From an uncultured delta proteobacterium (GTDB lineage Bacteria; Myxococcota; Myxococcia; Myxococcales; Myxococcaceae): 64,000 nucleotides of DNA. Positions 51,814 through 62,284 of the stretch are shown here, piece after piece. The position numbers were made by a program, and so were the translations under genes. Each line of letters begins with the position of its first letter. The stretch's first letter is position 1. Under the pieces are notes generated by a model. That model searched no databases. It saw nothing but the letters and a program-made list of their open reading frames with translations, and was not told where the DNA came from. The stretch covers positions 384,001-448,000 of the forward strand of contig CAVYSY010000039.1 in the NCBI GenBank assembly GCA_963771175.1, written 5' to 3'.

Positions 51814-54800
51814 CGCGGCACCTCCCGGAAGGGAACCCAGGGATCTCCCTTGAGTCCGAAGCTGATCTCCACCCCGCGCTTGCTCACGCCGTTGCCCTGC
51901 AGGGCGAGACTCCACTGCCGGCGCTGATCGGAGGTGAGGGTGGCCTCCTCGAAGAGACGGAAGCAGCTCCAGGCCGAGCGATTCCACGGCAACGACAGGT
52001 ACTGGGGCACGTCGCGCGCGGGCGAGCGCAGCTCCAGCACGATGGAGGACACCTGCTGATCCCACCAGCTCAGGGGGAACTCCTGCCAGGTGGGACTCTG
52101 GTTGAAGCCGTACGCGGTCGTCTTGCCGCACTTGAGGGAGGACATGGTGACGAAGACGCCCGTCATCGGCGGCGGAGGCAGGGGCTGAGGCTGCACCTTC
52201 AGCATGAGCGGCCGGGGCCGGCCCTCGTCATCCCACAGCAGCTTCGCCAGGCGCGCCAGCCGGCTGAGGGTGAGCAGCATCTCGTCCGGCAACACCAGCT
52301 TGTCGCGCAGCGGTCCGCGCAGCGACCACTGCGTGCCCCGCTCCACGAACACGCGGGAGAACATCTGGTTCACGAAGATCGAGAAGGCCCCGTCCTTGCG
52401 GCGCAGCACCTCCAGCTCGCCCGGATCCACGTCCTCCTGCGACTCGGGGTTGAAGGGATAGCGCTCCATCATGGGCTTGAGCATGCGCCCCGAGGCCTCT
52501 TCCCACTGCCGCGCCAGGGTGCTCTCCAGCTCCTGCTTGCCCAGGCGCTGCACCTGGAGGAAGGGCTCGAGGAAGGGCCGCCGCAGCTCGCCGGTGATGC
52601 CCTGCTGGTCCAACCACTCCTGGGCCTTGCGCAGGTAGGAGCCCTCCTCCTCGAGGAGCATGGACAGGGCCACCTTCTCCAGCGGCGTGATCATGTCCGC
52701 CAACTCCGCGGTGCCATCGTCGGCCTGGGCCTGCGCCCCCTCCTCCGCGTCCGCCGCCTTGTCCTTCTCCTTGGCCGCGGCCTCGTCCTTGCCGGCCTTG
52801 TCATCGCCGGGCTTGCCCTGACCGGGCTTGGACACGGCGTCCAGCTCGTCATGCATCTGCGCCACCAGCGCGTGGTACGGGGCGAGCGCGGCGTAGTAGC
52901 CGTTCTTGTCCGCCGTCATGAGCTGGATGAGGGGCCGGAAGGGCGCCACGGCGTTGCGCAGCGGCTCGTAGTAGGGCCCCTCCAGCGGCTCGAGGCTGGC
53001 CCGGTCGGCCACGTCGCGCAGCATGTCCACCTGCTCCGAGGACGGCTGGGTGAGCCGGGCCAGCTCGTCGAGCAGCAGCCTGCGCGGCGCGGTGAAGCGG
53101 TAGCCGCGGACGGAGTGGAAGAGGCCCTCGCGGTAGCCCTGGGAGAACGAGCTCACGCGCTTCTGGATGTACGCCTCGCGCTTGGCGGCCACCTCCATCG
53201 GAAGCTGGGCGTTCTTCAGGCGCTGGGTGAAGTCATCCACCAGCGGCTTGAGGTCGGCATCGAAGGGTGTCCGGCTCAGCACCATCTGCCCGTCGTGGAT
53301 GGCGGCCTGAGCACCGACGGTCATCAGGCCGCTCTTCTCGTAGCTCTTGAGCAGGTTCTGCAGCAGCTCGCGCGAGAGCTGGGGCGGGTGGAACTCGAAG
53401 CGCTGCTGCAGCATTTCGATGCTGTACGGGCCATTGCTGTTGCCCGTCAGCCAGAGGCCCTCGCGGGTGAGCAGCTCGGAGGGGGTCATCTTCTCCACCG
53501 CCAGGAAGCCCGCGTAGGCATCCTCCTCCATGCGCAGCACCGCGGCGAGCGTGTCCCGGTTCGCCCTCAACCACTCGAGCAACTCGACGGTGGTCTCGAT
53601 GCCCTGGAAGTGGCGCGTGTTGACCTGCACCTCCGAGGCGTCGAACAGGCTGAGCACGGTGGGCAGAGAGGCGTAGACATCCAGGTCGGCGAGCTGCGCC
53701 TGCAGCCGCTCGCGTTCCTCCCGGCGATGATCGAGCTGCGCCAGCAGCCTCTTGAGATCCTCCCAGCGCAGGTCGCGCTGAGCCAGCGCCTTGGGCTCAT
53801 CATCCAGGGTCTTCCGCAGGAACAGCAGGTGATCCACCCACGGCTTGAGCTGGCCCTCGAACGTCAGCCGCTCCACGTAGGGCCAGCAGGACCAGTCCTC
53901 GTCCGCGTTGTTGGAGAGCTGCACGGCCCCGCGGCGGCAGGGCGGAGTGCGCTCCCAGGGCACGTCGCTGGCGAGGACGTAGGTGGCCACCAGCGGCTCG
54001 CGCAGCTCGAGCGCGGAGATCCACGTACGGCTCTTCTCGATGTTGGAGGTGGCCGACATCCCGCCCTCCCCGGCCTGGGCGTCACGCCCACGCCGCGAGT
54101 GCAGGGGCTGAACGGTGGAGCTCACGAAGGTGCCGAGGCCGTCTCCATTCGAGGCATGGAGGGTGGCCAGCAGATAGACCACCTGCTCGGGGCGGCAGTC
54201 CTGGGGCTGCTTGCGGCAGTGCTCGAGGGCGGGGCGGAGGTGGCTCTCCCGGATGCCACGGGCCAGCCGCTGACGCAGATCCAACGTCTCGTCGGGGAAG
54301 CTGGAGCTCAGTGGCGGCCACCAGCGCTCGGCCCGCTTGAGCGTGAGGAGATCGTCGGCCGCCGCGTTCACCCGCTGTTCGACGACCTCTCCCCTCCCCT
54401 CCAGGCCCTGCTCGCGCAGCTCCGCGACCGTGTCCTCGAAGCGCTGGAGCTGCTCCTGCGCATCCCCCAGCAACGAGTAGAAATTGGCGTACGCGAGCAC
54501 CACCGGCAGGCAGCCCGCCACGGCGATCAGCACGGCCCGCTGCAGGTGCGTGCGCAGGTAGCGCTGGCGCAGCGACTGGGTGGAGCTCTCCTCGGCCACC
54601 ACGGAGAGCGTGTCGCTGGCGCGCGCCTCGGGCGTGAGAGAGGAGAAGAAGACCCGGGTGATCCGGGGCTTGTAGGAGAGGGTGTCGCCCTCCAGCAGCG
54701 CCGAGACGAAGCGGCCGAGCGCCGAGAAGGAGCGCCCGCCCTGCGAGTAGAAGTGCTCCAGGCGCTCGAAGTCGTCCACCGGGAGCGAGGTGAGGCCCAG

Positions 54801-55703
54801 GGCCAGGTACTGCTCCTGCCCCGCCAGCAGCGAGGCCAGCTTGTCCTCCTCGCCCTGCTTGGGGATGTCGAAGGAGAGCGGCACGCCGTGCTTCTTCAGC
54901 AGCCGGGCGAAGTCCTCGAAGCCCTCCAACCCATCCATGTGCGTCAGGCACAGGCGGGTCTCCACCGGGGAGCCGCGAGCCTCGGACATGAGGTTGAGCT
55001 TGCCGCGCAGGAGCTGGGCCATGCGCCGCTGATCATCGGGCGGAGTGTCGGAGAGCCAGCGGACGTCCAGGACGATGACGGCCAGGCCCTTCTGCCGGTG
55101 GCTGAAGCACTTGCTCCACATCCGGCGCAGGGCACTGCGCGCAGGGAGCGACTCATCCTCCAGCAGCGGGGCGGACACCTCCTGCACCATGCAGTCGGGC
55201 CCCAGGTACACCTGAAGCAGGGAGTCCGCCGTGTAGCTGGGGAGGAACTGGCGGGCCTGGCGCTGCCAGTCCACGTCCAGGCCGATGAGCTGCGTCTTGC
55301 CGCTGCCAGCGGGCCCGAGCACCACCACGGTGGGTAGATCCACCACGGCGGCGCGGTTGGCCCAGGGCAATCCGGAGAGGAAGGCCTGGCGCACCTTCAG
55401 CAGCCGGTTGACGGCCATGGGAGGAGGACCGCTGGAGGCCGGAGCCCCGGCGCGCCGCTGGCGCCACCACGGCACGAGCCACTTCACCGTGGCGTACACG
55501 ATGAAGACCACGAGGCCCAACGCCAGCAGCCACATCAGGTACGGGCTCACCGTGAGCCAGATCTTCTGGAGCGTCGTCGCGCTCGCGTTGGCCGACTGCG
55601 CCCCGGTGTTGAGCGCCTGCGTGCCCGCGGCCAGCGCCTTGGTCGGATCTCCCCCGGCCGGCGCCTGCGACACCACCATGTTCAGCAGATGCGACTGCAC
55701 CAC
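51810..55703 (-). CDS. tssM: TssM/IcmF (PdpB-like) membrane-complex protein
   Basis: 1297 aa; N-terminal TM; LPTVVVLGPAGSGKT Walker A; LCLTHMDGLEGFEDF (IcmF LTKxDxxxGFxxF); second TM; RYPF near the C-terminus. Confidence 0.8.
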   Translation of the reverse strand: MVQSHLLNMVVSQAPAGGDPTKALAAGTQALNTGAQSANASATTLQKIWLTVSPYLMWLLALGLVVFIVYATVKWLVPWWRQRRAGAPASSGPPPMAVNRLLKVRQAFLSGLPWANRAAVVDLPTVVVLGPAGSGKTQLIGLDVDWQRQARQFLPSYTADSLLQVYLGPDCMVQEVSAPLLEDESLPARSALRRMWSKCFSHRQKGLAVIVLDVRWLSDTPPDDQRRMAQLLRGKLNLMSEARGSPVETRLCLTHMDGLEGFEDFARLLKKHGVPLSFDIPKQGEEDKLASLLAGQEQYLALGLTSLPVDDFERLEHFYSQGGRSFSALGRFVSALLEGDTLSYKPRITRVFFSSLTPEARASDTLSVVAEESSTQSLRQRYLRTHLQRAVLIAVAGCLPVVLAYANFYSLLGDAQEQLQRFEDTVAELREQGLEGRGEVVEQRVNAAADDLLTLKRAERWWPPLSSSFPDETLDLRQRLARGIRESHLRPALEHCRKQPQDCRPEQVVYLLATLHASNGDGLGTFVSSTVQPLHSRRGRDAQAGEGGMSATSNIEKSRTWISALELREPLVATYVLASDVPWERTPPCRRGAVQLSNNADEDWSCWPYVERLTFEGQLKPWVDHLLFLRKTLDDEPKALAQRDLRWEDLKRLLAQLDHRREERERLQAQLADLDVYASLPTVLSLFDASEVQVNTRHFQGIETTVELLEWLRANRDTLAAVLRMEEDAYAGFLAVEKMTPSELLTREGLWLTGNSNGPYSIEMLQQRFEFHPPQLSRELLQNLLKSYEKSGLMTVGAQAAIHDGQMVLSRTPFDADLKPLVDDFTQRLKNAQLPMEVAAKREAYIQKRVSSFSQGYREGLFHSVRGYRFTAPRRLLLDELARLTQPSSEQVDMLRDVADRASLEPLEGPYYEPLRNAVAPFRPLIQLMTADKNGYYAALAPYHALVAQMHDELDAVSKPGQGKPGDDKAGKDEAAAKEKDKAADAEEGAQAQADDGTAELADMITPLEKVALSMLLEEEGSYLRKAQEWLDQQGITGELRRPFLEPFLQVQRLGKQELESTLARQWEEASGRMLKPMMERYPFNPESQEDVDPGELEVLRRKDGAFSIFVNQMFSRVFVERGTQWSLRGPLRDKLVLPDEMLLTLSRLARLAKLLWDDEGRPRPLMLKVQPQPLPPPPMTGVFVTMSSLKCGKTTAYGFNQSPTWQEFPLSWWDQQVSSIVLELRSPARDVPQYLSLPWNRSAWSCFRLFEEATLTSDQRRQWSLALQGNGVSKRGVEISFGLKGDPWVPFREVPR

Positions 55704-55706
55704 GGC

Positions 55707-56018
55707 TCAACCCCCCCCGCGGGCGGCGCTCTTCCCGGAGCGGCCAGAGCGCGCGGCCAACTGGAGTGCCTCCAGCACGTCTTCCAGCCCGTCCAGGGAC
55801 TGCAGCAGTTCCTCGTGTCGGGCCTCATGTTCCTTGGGCGCCAGGCGCGTGCCCCCCGCCTCCGGGAAGAGCGCCGCCACCCCCGAGCGAACCTCGCCCA
55901 GCAGGGGCTCCACGCCCGCGCTCAGCGCGCCCAACTCTGAGTGGATGGCCTTCTGCAGGCGCTCCAGTTGCGTCCGGGGCCCCTGGGGCTCCTTCATCTT
56001 CTGCGCCTCGTCCTTCAT
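55707..56018 (-). CDS. Small helical hypothetical protein within the secretion operon
   Basis: ATGA overlap with the dotU stop; its own stop lies 3 nt before the tssM start. Confidence 0.6.
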   Translation of the reverse strand: MKDEAQKMKEPQGPRTQLERLQKAIHSELGALSAGVEPLLGEVRSGVAALFPEAGGTRLAPKEHEARHEELLQSLDGLEDVLEALQLAARSGRSGKSAARGGG

Positions 56019-56653
56019 CGCGAAAGCCACCACAGTAGCACTGGTACGGCCACCACCACGAATCCGGACGCCGCGTAGTAACGCAGGGGGAAGGCGTGGA
56101 CGAGCGGGGCCTGGGCAGCGGCGGGCGGCGGAGCGGGCATCGACTCCGGCGTGGGGATGCGAGCAGCGAGGCGCTCCTTGTACTCGCGCAGCCGGGCCGT
56201 GTTGCCCGCGTAGCGGCCCTCGAAGCCGGCGGTGAGGCAGAAGTGCAGCAGCTCGAAGACGAGCGGCGAGGCGCCCTTCTGCACCATCTTCTCGTCGGCC
56301 AGCTCGTAGAAGCGATCTCCGCCCGAGTCGATGCCGAACAGCTTGTACTGCAGCAGCGGCCAGTCCGACTGCTCCACCTCGGCGAGCCGGCGCAGCACCA
56401 TCTCGTCCACGAGGTAGACGAAGGGGCGCAGCGCCTCGTCGATCTCCTCTTCGCGGTAGGCCCCGCCCAGGGCCTTCTGGAGATCAGCCACCTCGGCCAG
56501 GAGCTGCTGCTGGAGCAGGGCCAGGCCCTGGGTGCCCACCCGGATGCGCGTGCGCTCCTCGCCCGAGCCGGGCTCGGCGGGCAGCGACTGGTCCAGCAAC
56601 GAGCGCACCTGCCGGTGCGACCGGAGGATGCTCTGCCAATGCTCGAGTTTCAT
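56015..56653 (-). CDS. tssL: TssL/DotU (about 212 aa, no OmpA domain)
   Basis: YLVDEMVL, WPLLQYKLFGIDSGGDRFY, CLTAGFEGRY and a C-terminal TM helix. Confidence 0.88.
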   Translation of the reverse strand: MKLEHWQSILRSHRQVRSLLDQSLPAEPGSGEERTRIRVGTQGLALLQQQLLAEVADLQKALGGAYREEEIDEALRPFVYLVDEMVLRRLAEVEQSDWPLLQYKLFGIDSGGDRFYELADEKMVQKGASPLVFELLHFCLTAGFEGRYAGNTARLREYKERLAARIPTPESMPAPPPAAAQAPLVHAFPLRYYAASGFVVVAVPVLLWWLSR

Positions 56654-58300
56654 GAGGGTACCTTCAACGGGAAGGAGCCAGCCCCAGCGACGGAAGGCCG
56701 CAGCACCACCGAGGCGTCGCCATTCCACGCCTCCAGGAGCTGATGCACCTGCTCCAGGAAACAAGCCACGAGAGGTTCGGCGCCAGAGTCGAAGGGCTCC
56801 AGCATCAGCTCGTAGACGTGCAGCAGGCCGGAGCCGCGCAGCGCACCATCCGGGGCCACGGTGGCCTTGAGCTCCCGCAACCAGGGGATGACGCGGCGGA
56901 AGGGCTCCTCGGCGGGAGTGCCGAGGTAGTTGAGCAACGCGGCCAGCTCGTTGCGATCGAGCGTGGACTTGACCTTCCAGGCCAGCAGTCGGGTCAGCCC
57001 CGCCACGTCGTTGCGCAGCGCGCTCTCTCGGTGCGGCTCGAGCCGGCCCACGAGCTGCCAGCCCAGACCCTCCACGTGCCGACCCGGGGTGGAGACGCTC
57101 ACCCGGCCAATGGCCTCGGAGACGAACTGCGGCTGGTACCAGAGGGCCTCCACGAGCAGCTTCTGCGGCTCGGTGAAGGCCTCGGGCATGCGCACCAGCA
57201 GGCTGTGGCGCGTGCGCATCTCCTCGTCGAGCGTCTCGTCCAGCTCGTAGCTGGGCCCCTCGCCCGGGAGGAAGGCCGGACGCATGGGCGTGCGCCCCGA
57301 CTTGGCCAGCACGTACACGCCGGTGACCGAGTGGAGCTGCAGATCGCGCCCGGCGGTCATGCCGCGAATGGGGTACTCGGAGCGGGTGCCGTCGGCGAGG
57401 ATGGGCTGGGCGGGCTCGGCCTTGAGGTTCTCCACCGGCACGACGAAGGGGTGGAGGATGTCCGGGTGGCTGCGAGCGGCCCACCGACCAGGACTTGTCC
57501 AGGTCGAGGCACAGGCTGAAGCGGGTCCACTCCTTGCGGTTCGAGGGCACCGACAGGTGGAGGAAGAGCCCCTGCTCGGGCATCTGGAAGAAGGCGCGCA
57601 CGCGCTGCAGCGGGTGCTCGTAGTCGCTCGCGTCATCCAGCTCGGCGGGAGCGTTGCCGAAGGAGAACTCGCACGGAGTGCACTGTGAGTTCTCGTCGGC
57701 CCGCGCGTCGTACACCACGCCCACCTGCAGGAGCTGGTTGCGCAGCGCGTGGAAGACGGCCAGCGAGGGACGGTACTCGTCCAGGTGGCGCACGAGCAGG
57801 CTGAACAGGCCCACCGGATCCCGGCGGGGGAAGGCGGACTCGAAGCGGAGGATGAGCCGCCAGCGCCCATCCGGCAGGCGCACCACGTCCGTGCCCGCCA
57901 TGGAGATGGGGAGGATGCGCAGGTGACGCCGGGTGCGGAAGGCGCCGGCCACTCCATGCACGGGGGAGAGCCGCAGCTCGGTGCCTCGGGGAAGCACCAC
58001 GCTCTCGGTCATCTTCTCCGCGGGCAGCGCCTGCACCAGCGCCACCGCGGGCAGCGGCTGCAGCAGGAAGTCGAAGAAGGAGGAGAACAGGCGCAGCCAG
58101 GTGGAGCGCAGGTTGTGCTGCGTGGCCAGGCGCGTCTGCACCGAGAAGAAGGCCATGGACTCGATGAGGCGCCGCACGTGCGGGTCCTCCCGGTCCAGCG
58201 GAACGGTGGGGTGCGAGTTGAGGAAACGCTGCCGGAAGCGCTCGAGCGCATCCAGCTCATTCAGGTAGTCCAGGTAGATCCGCTCCGACGAATCGCTCAC
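56650..58300 (-). CDS. tssF: TssF-like baseplate wedge protein (frameshift near 57480)
   Basis: YLNELDALERFRQRF...HP...DPHVRRLIESMAFF, LLQPLPAVALVQ, VVLPRGT, FFQMPE and VPVENL match TssF. Confidence 0.78.
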
Positions 58301-58307
58301 CGCGCCC

Positions 58308-58910
58308 TCACCCCAGCTTCACGAGCGAACCACCGACGGTGGTCATCGAGCCCTTGAGGTCCGCCATGCCCGAGGACTCGAGGCCGAGCTTGGCCTGGGC
58401 CGCGACCTTGATCATGGGGGCGGCGAGTTCCGCCTGGGCCTGGCCAGCCATCTTCAGGTTGACACCCTCCACCTTGTTGTCCCCACCCGAGGCCACCAGG
58501 CTCGTCTGCATGCCCTTCATGTCGAGCTTGGAGGTCGCCTCGATGGCCACGTTGGCGTTCGAGGACAGCTTGGCGTCCTGAGTGGCGCTCTGGGTGAGCT
58601 TGGCGCTGGAGGTGAAGGTCATGTCCTTGGTGCTCTCGAGCTTGAGGATGTCCTGACTGGTCCAGCTCGAGGCCTTCGCCGATTTGAGGGTGAGCGTCCC
58701 GGTGGCGTCCACGGTGAAATCCTTGCACGTGACCGTGACGCTGTCCTGCTTCTGGACGTAGGTGCTCGTCTCCTCGGGCCCCTTCACCGTGATGGTGATG
58801 GACGTGCCGTCCATGACCACCGTCTGGGTGATCTGGTCGTCGGCGTTCTCCACCTTGACGGTGACGCCCTTCTCCTTGTCCAGCTCAACGGTGCAGACGA
58901 GCTTGCCCAT
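58308..58910 (-). CDS. Stand-alone gp5-like beta-helix spike (short VgrG, 200 aa)
   Basis: Thr/Ser/Lys-rich beta-turn repeats about 8 aa long; ends ADLKGSMTTVGGSLVKLG, like VgrG tip termini. Confidence 0.72.
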   Translation of the reverse strand: MGKLVCTVELDKEKGVTVKVENADDQITQTVVMDGTSITITVKGPEETSTYVQKQDSVTVTCKDFTVDATGTLTLKSAKASSWTSQDILKLESTKDMTFTSSAKLTQSATQDAKLSSNANVAIEATSKLDMKGMQTSLVASGGDNKVEGVNLKMAGQAQAELAAPMIKVAAQAKLGLESSGMADLKGSMTTVGGSLVKLG

Positions 58911-58953
58911 GGTTCCTCGCCTCCTCGGTAGTGGAGCCGACGGCCCCCTCGCT

Positions 58954-60607
58954 TCACGACTGCTCTTCCTTCACCTGGATGAGCAGTGTGCCCTCGTCTA
59001 GCTGGATCTTCTGCGTGTCCTTCGCATTGGTGCGCTGCATCAGGAACACGGGCTTGTCGTCCGTGTAGTAGTGCTTGAGCGCGGTACCGTTCTCGGGCGT
59101 CTTGCCCACCAGGAGCTGCACGCCCTGCCCGTCCTGAGGCATGCGCGCGCCGGTGCGCCAGTCCAGGAAGCGCTTGATCCACGCGCGCCGGAAGTCGAGC
59201 GCCACCAGCACCCGCTCGCCCTTGTAGGCGGGGAAGTAGAAGTGGCCGGGCAGCAGGTTGGGGTTGAAGGGCGCGGGGATGATCTGCTCCGCGAAGAGGG
59301 GGATCTTCACCTTGTACCCGTCCAACGAGGTGTCCGAGTCCGTGTAGGCCTGCCAGGTCTCGTCCGCGTCCGCGCCCTGCTCGCTGACGATGAAGCCCTC
59401 CACGTAGCGGGGATAGAGCGGGGGCTGCCAGGCGGGCAGATCCACGTGGGGCTCGTCCTTGGGCTCCAGCCGGGTGCTCATGCGGAAGGAGAAGAGCGCG
59501 TACGAATCGCCGTACACCTCGTCCTCGCCCTGCTCGCTCGACACCTCGCCCGACAGGTGCATGCTGCGCACGCGGAGGACCTGATCCTTGGCCACGCCCG
59601 CGGCGCCCCAGGCGTCGTTGGCCGGCAGCTTCACCAGCGCCCCCGGGGTGAACGCCTTCTCGGGGAAGGAGCGCCAGCTCAGCTCCATCTCCGGGCCCCG
59701 CCCCTTCAGCCGCGCCGTCTCCAGGTCCACCCGAGCCTGCACCTCGTCGGCGATGGCGGTGCACAGCAGCACGTCCTGGCGGATGCCGGTGACGGCCTGC
59801 GTTTGCGTCACGGCCTGGGTCTGGGGGCTCTCGGCCGTGGCGTTGAGCACCGTCACATCGTGACGGATGACCTCGGGCAGCAGCACCTCCAGCTCGGCCA
59901 GGTTGTCCTCGAACAGCTTCAGCGGCGTGCCCGAGCTGTCCTTGGCGCCCGTGAACTTGTAGCCGTGCGCCGCGTAGTCGTAGGTGAACACCCCCGCGTG
60001 GCCGTGCACGTACCACAGCACCCAGTCGTAGAAGCTCGCCCCACCCTGCGGATCCAACCCCACGAAGATCATGGGGTGCGTGGTGCCCAGGCCCGCATCC
60101 CAGTCGTAGGCGAGGCTGATCTTCTCGCCCTTGTGCGCGTCCAGCACGTCCTTGACCGTCTTGGAGGTGTAGAGGGCACAGGGGTAGTGCTGCCGCCACA
60201 GCAGCCGCGCGGCGTCCAGGAAGCGGATGCCATAGCGGCGATGGAGGATGAGGTCGCTCCCTCCGGTGGTGATGACATCTCTCGACGAGCGACTTCTCGG
60301 TGACGAAGCCCTTGACCGTCAGCGCGGTATGGCTCGGCCGTCCCGAGGTGTCCGGAAGGACGGCCTTCACCGCGAGCGACACCTCGACCAGGTCCGACTT
60401 GAGGAAGTCGGCCAGCAGCTCGTCCTTGTCCTGACCACCGCTGGCCTGGTTGTCCGTCAGCAGGAACTCCACCTCGCCCTCCAGACCCCAGCTCCACAGG
60501 TCCAGGGCGAAGCGCTTGATGCTGCCGGCGATGACCTCGTGCGCCTTGCCGCCGATGGTGAGGGTGAGCGTGACGGCCAGCCGCTCCTCGAAGGTGTGCG
60601 CCATCAT
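58954..60607 (-). CDS. VgrG/gp27-like spike hub without a needle (PdpA-like; frameshift near 60280)
   Basis: About 550 aa, beta-rich; KGFVTEK, then D-x-A-x-LLWRQH, TVKDVLDAH, SFYDWV and an OB-fold-like G...YKVKIP...P..GERVLVA; lies between tssE and the spike gene. Confidence 0.68.
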
Positions 60608-60997
60608 GTCTCCTCGTCCTCCTCTACCCGCACCTGGCCACTCACGGTGTGGAAGAGGAGGCGCAACGTGCAGGGCGTTCCGTGCAGCGTCGCCGTCAGC
60701 ACGTAGTGCAGCCACAGCCCCGAGTCCTGACCACGCAGCTCCAGCTCCGCGTCCTGCAGGCGCGGCTCGTGGTGCTGGATCGAGTGCAGCATCTCGCCGG
60801 TGAGCGTCTTCATCAGCACCTGGGTGCCGAACTTCTCCGTGTAGCGCCCCAGGCCGAAGCCCTCGACGAAGTAGCCGTAACCCTCCTTGGTGTTGAGCAC
60901 GGACTCGAGGTTCTGCCGCACCTGCTCCAGCTCGCCATTGCGCGCCCTGGCGCTGCCAGGCACCGGTGAACTTGTCGAGGAAGGACGGGCGTGCCAT
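60604..60997 (-). CDS. tssE: TssE / gp25-like baseplate protein (frameshift near 60950)
   Basis: SFLDKF, VRQNLESVLNTKEG, FGL and SIQHHEPRL motifs. Confidence 0.82.
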
Positions 60998-60998
60998 C

Positions 60999-62253
60999 TC
61001 AGGCCCTGCGCCAGAAGAGGAAGACCTGGGTGCCCTGCAGCGCCGGGGTGACGTAGAAGGCCATGCCGTTGTCGCGCAGAGCGTACTGCCACTCCTCCCC
61101 CAGCGACAGCTTGTACCAGGAGATCTCCGGACCGAAGGCGTGGGGGAAGGCGGGGTGCGGCACGTGCTGGAAGGGAATGCCCCGGAGCGCCAGCCGGCGC
61201 ACCACGGGCAGTCGGGAGGGACTCGCCACCTTCACTCCCTCCAGGGAGGGCGGCTGGCTGGGGTCCTCGCTGCGCACCAGCAGGTACAGCTCGCTCTGGA
61301 CGCCCGCCTCCAGCGAGGGCAGGGGCGAGAGGACGAACTGACCCTCCCGGCAATCGAAAGGCTTGTAGGTGAGCCGCGTGTCCTCGGGACGGAAGGCCCG
61401 GTTGAGCAGCGTCATCCACCCCCACAGCCCCTCGCCCAGCTCGTCATGGACGTAGGTGGGCAGGGACTCATCGGGCACCAGCTCCAGGTAGCAGCACACC
61501 TCGAAGTAGAACCGGCGCAGGGCATCGAAGAAGTGGTACGGGTGCGGGCAGATGCCGTTGCGCATGTCGCTGCGCAGGGCCTGCAGGCGGCGCACCTCGA
61601 GCAGCGTGCGGCGGGCGCTCGCGAGCCGCTCGCCGCGCTGGTAGCTGTCCTGCAGCAGGGTGCGGAGCTGGCCGTGGGCCTTCTCCAGCAACATGTCCAG
61701 CTCGCCGAGCAGCTCGTTGAGGAAGGGGTTGCGGCCCACCAGCAGCAGCGGCGGCACCTTCCGGGCGGAGGGGCGCCACGCCCCCTGGAGATCCTTGGAG
61801 AAGGCCACCAGCTCCAGCGAGGAGAGGGCCCGATCCGCGGACTGCTCGCTGGAGAGCTGCAGCCGGTGCAGCACGCGCTGCACGTTGGGCGGCTCATCCG
61901 CGTAGAGCGGCACGCCCTTCGGTGCCGCGCGTCTCCTCCAGCAGGTGGAGGAAGACGGTGACCTCCGCGCGGCCGGTGGCCTCGAGGGAGAACGACGGCA
62001 GGGCCGCATTGCCCGGCACGTTCACCAGGAAGCCGCCTGGCATGACGGCGGTCAGAGAGGAGATGGAGAGGCTGCCCTCGGCCAGCAGCGCCTCGCTCCA
62101 AGCGAGCGAGGCGATACCGACCTGGGGCAGCCCGGACAGCTCGGCATGCAGCCGCGCCTCGGCCGAGAGTGCTTCGTCCTGGGCGCGGAAGTGCTCGGGA
62201 AGGAGCGTCTGGCCGACCTGCCAGCGGACCCGCGCGAGCTTGTGGCGCTGCAT
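60999..62253 (-). CDS. tssK: TssK (IglD-like) baseplate subunit (frameshift near 61920)
   Basis: RVRWQVGQTLLPEHFRAQD, VMPGG, VPPLL, HP..FF, YVHD, VKVASP and ALRGIP motifs. Confidence 0.82.
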
Positions 62254-62284
62254 GTCGTTGATTCCTGTCGAAAAGAGACGAGGC

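Noticed and set aside
51804..55337. 1177-aa plus-strand ORF
   Set aside because: It is the antisense shadow of tssM.
56015..58300. 761-aa TssF-DotU fusion
   Set aside because: A frameshift near 57480 creates it. The TssF C-terminus is in ORF 56650..57957 and ends in an ATGA overlap with the dotU start.
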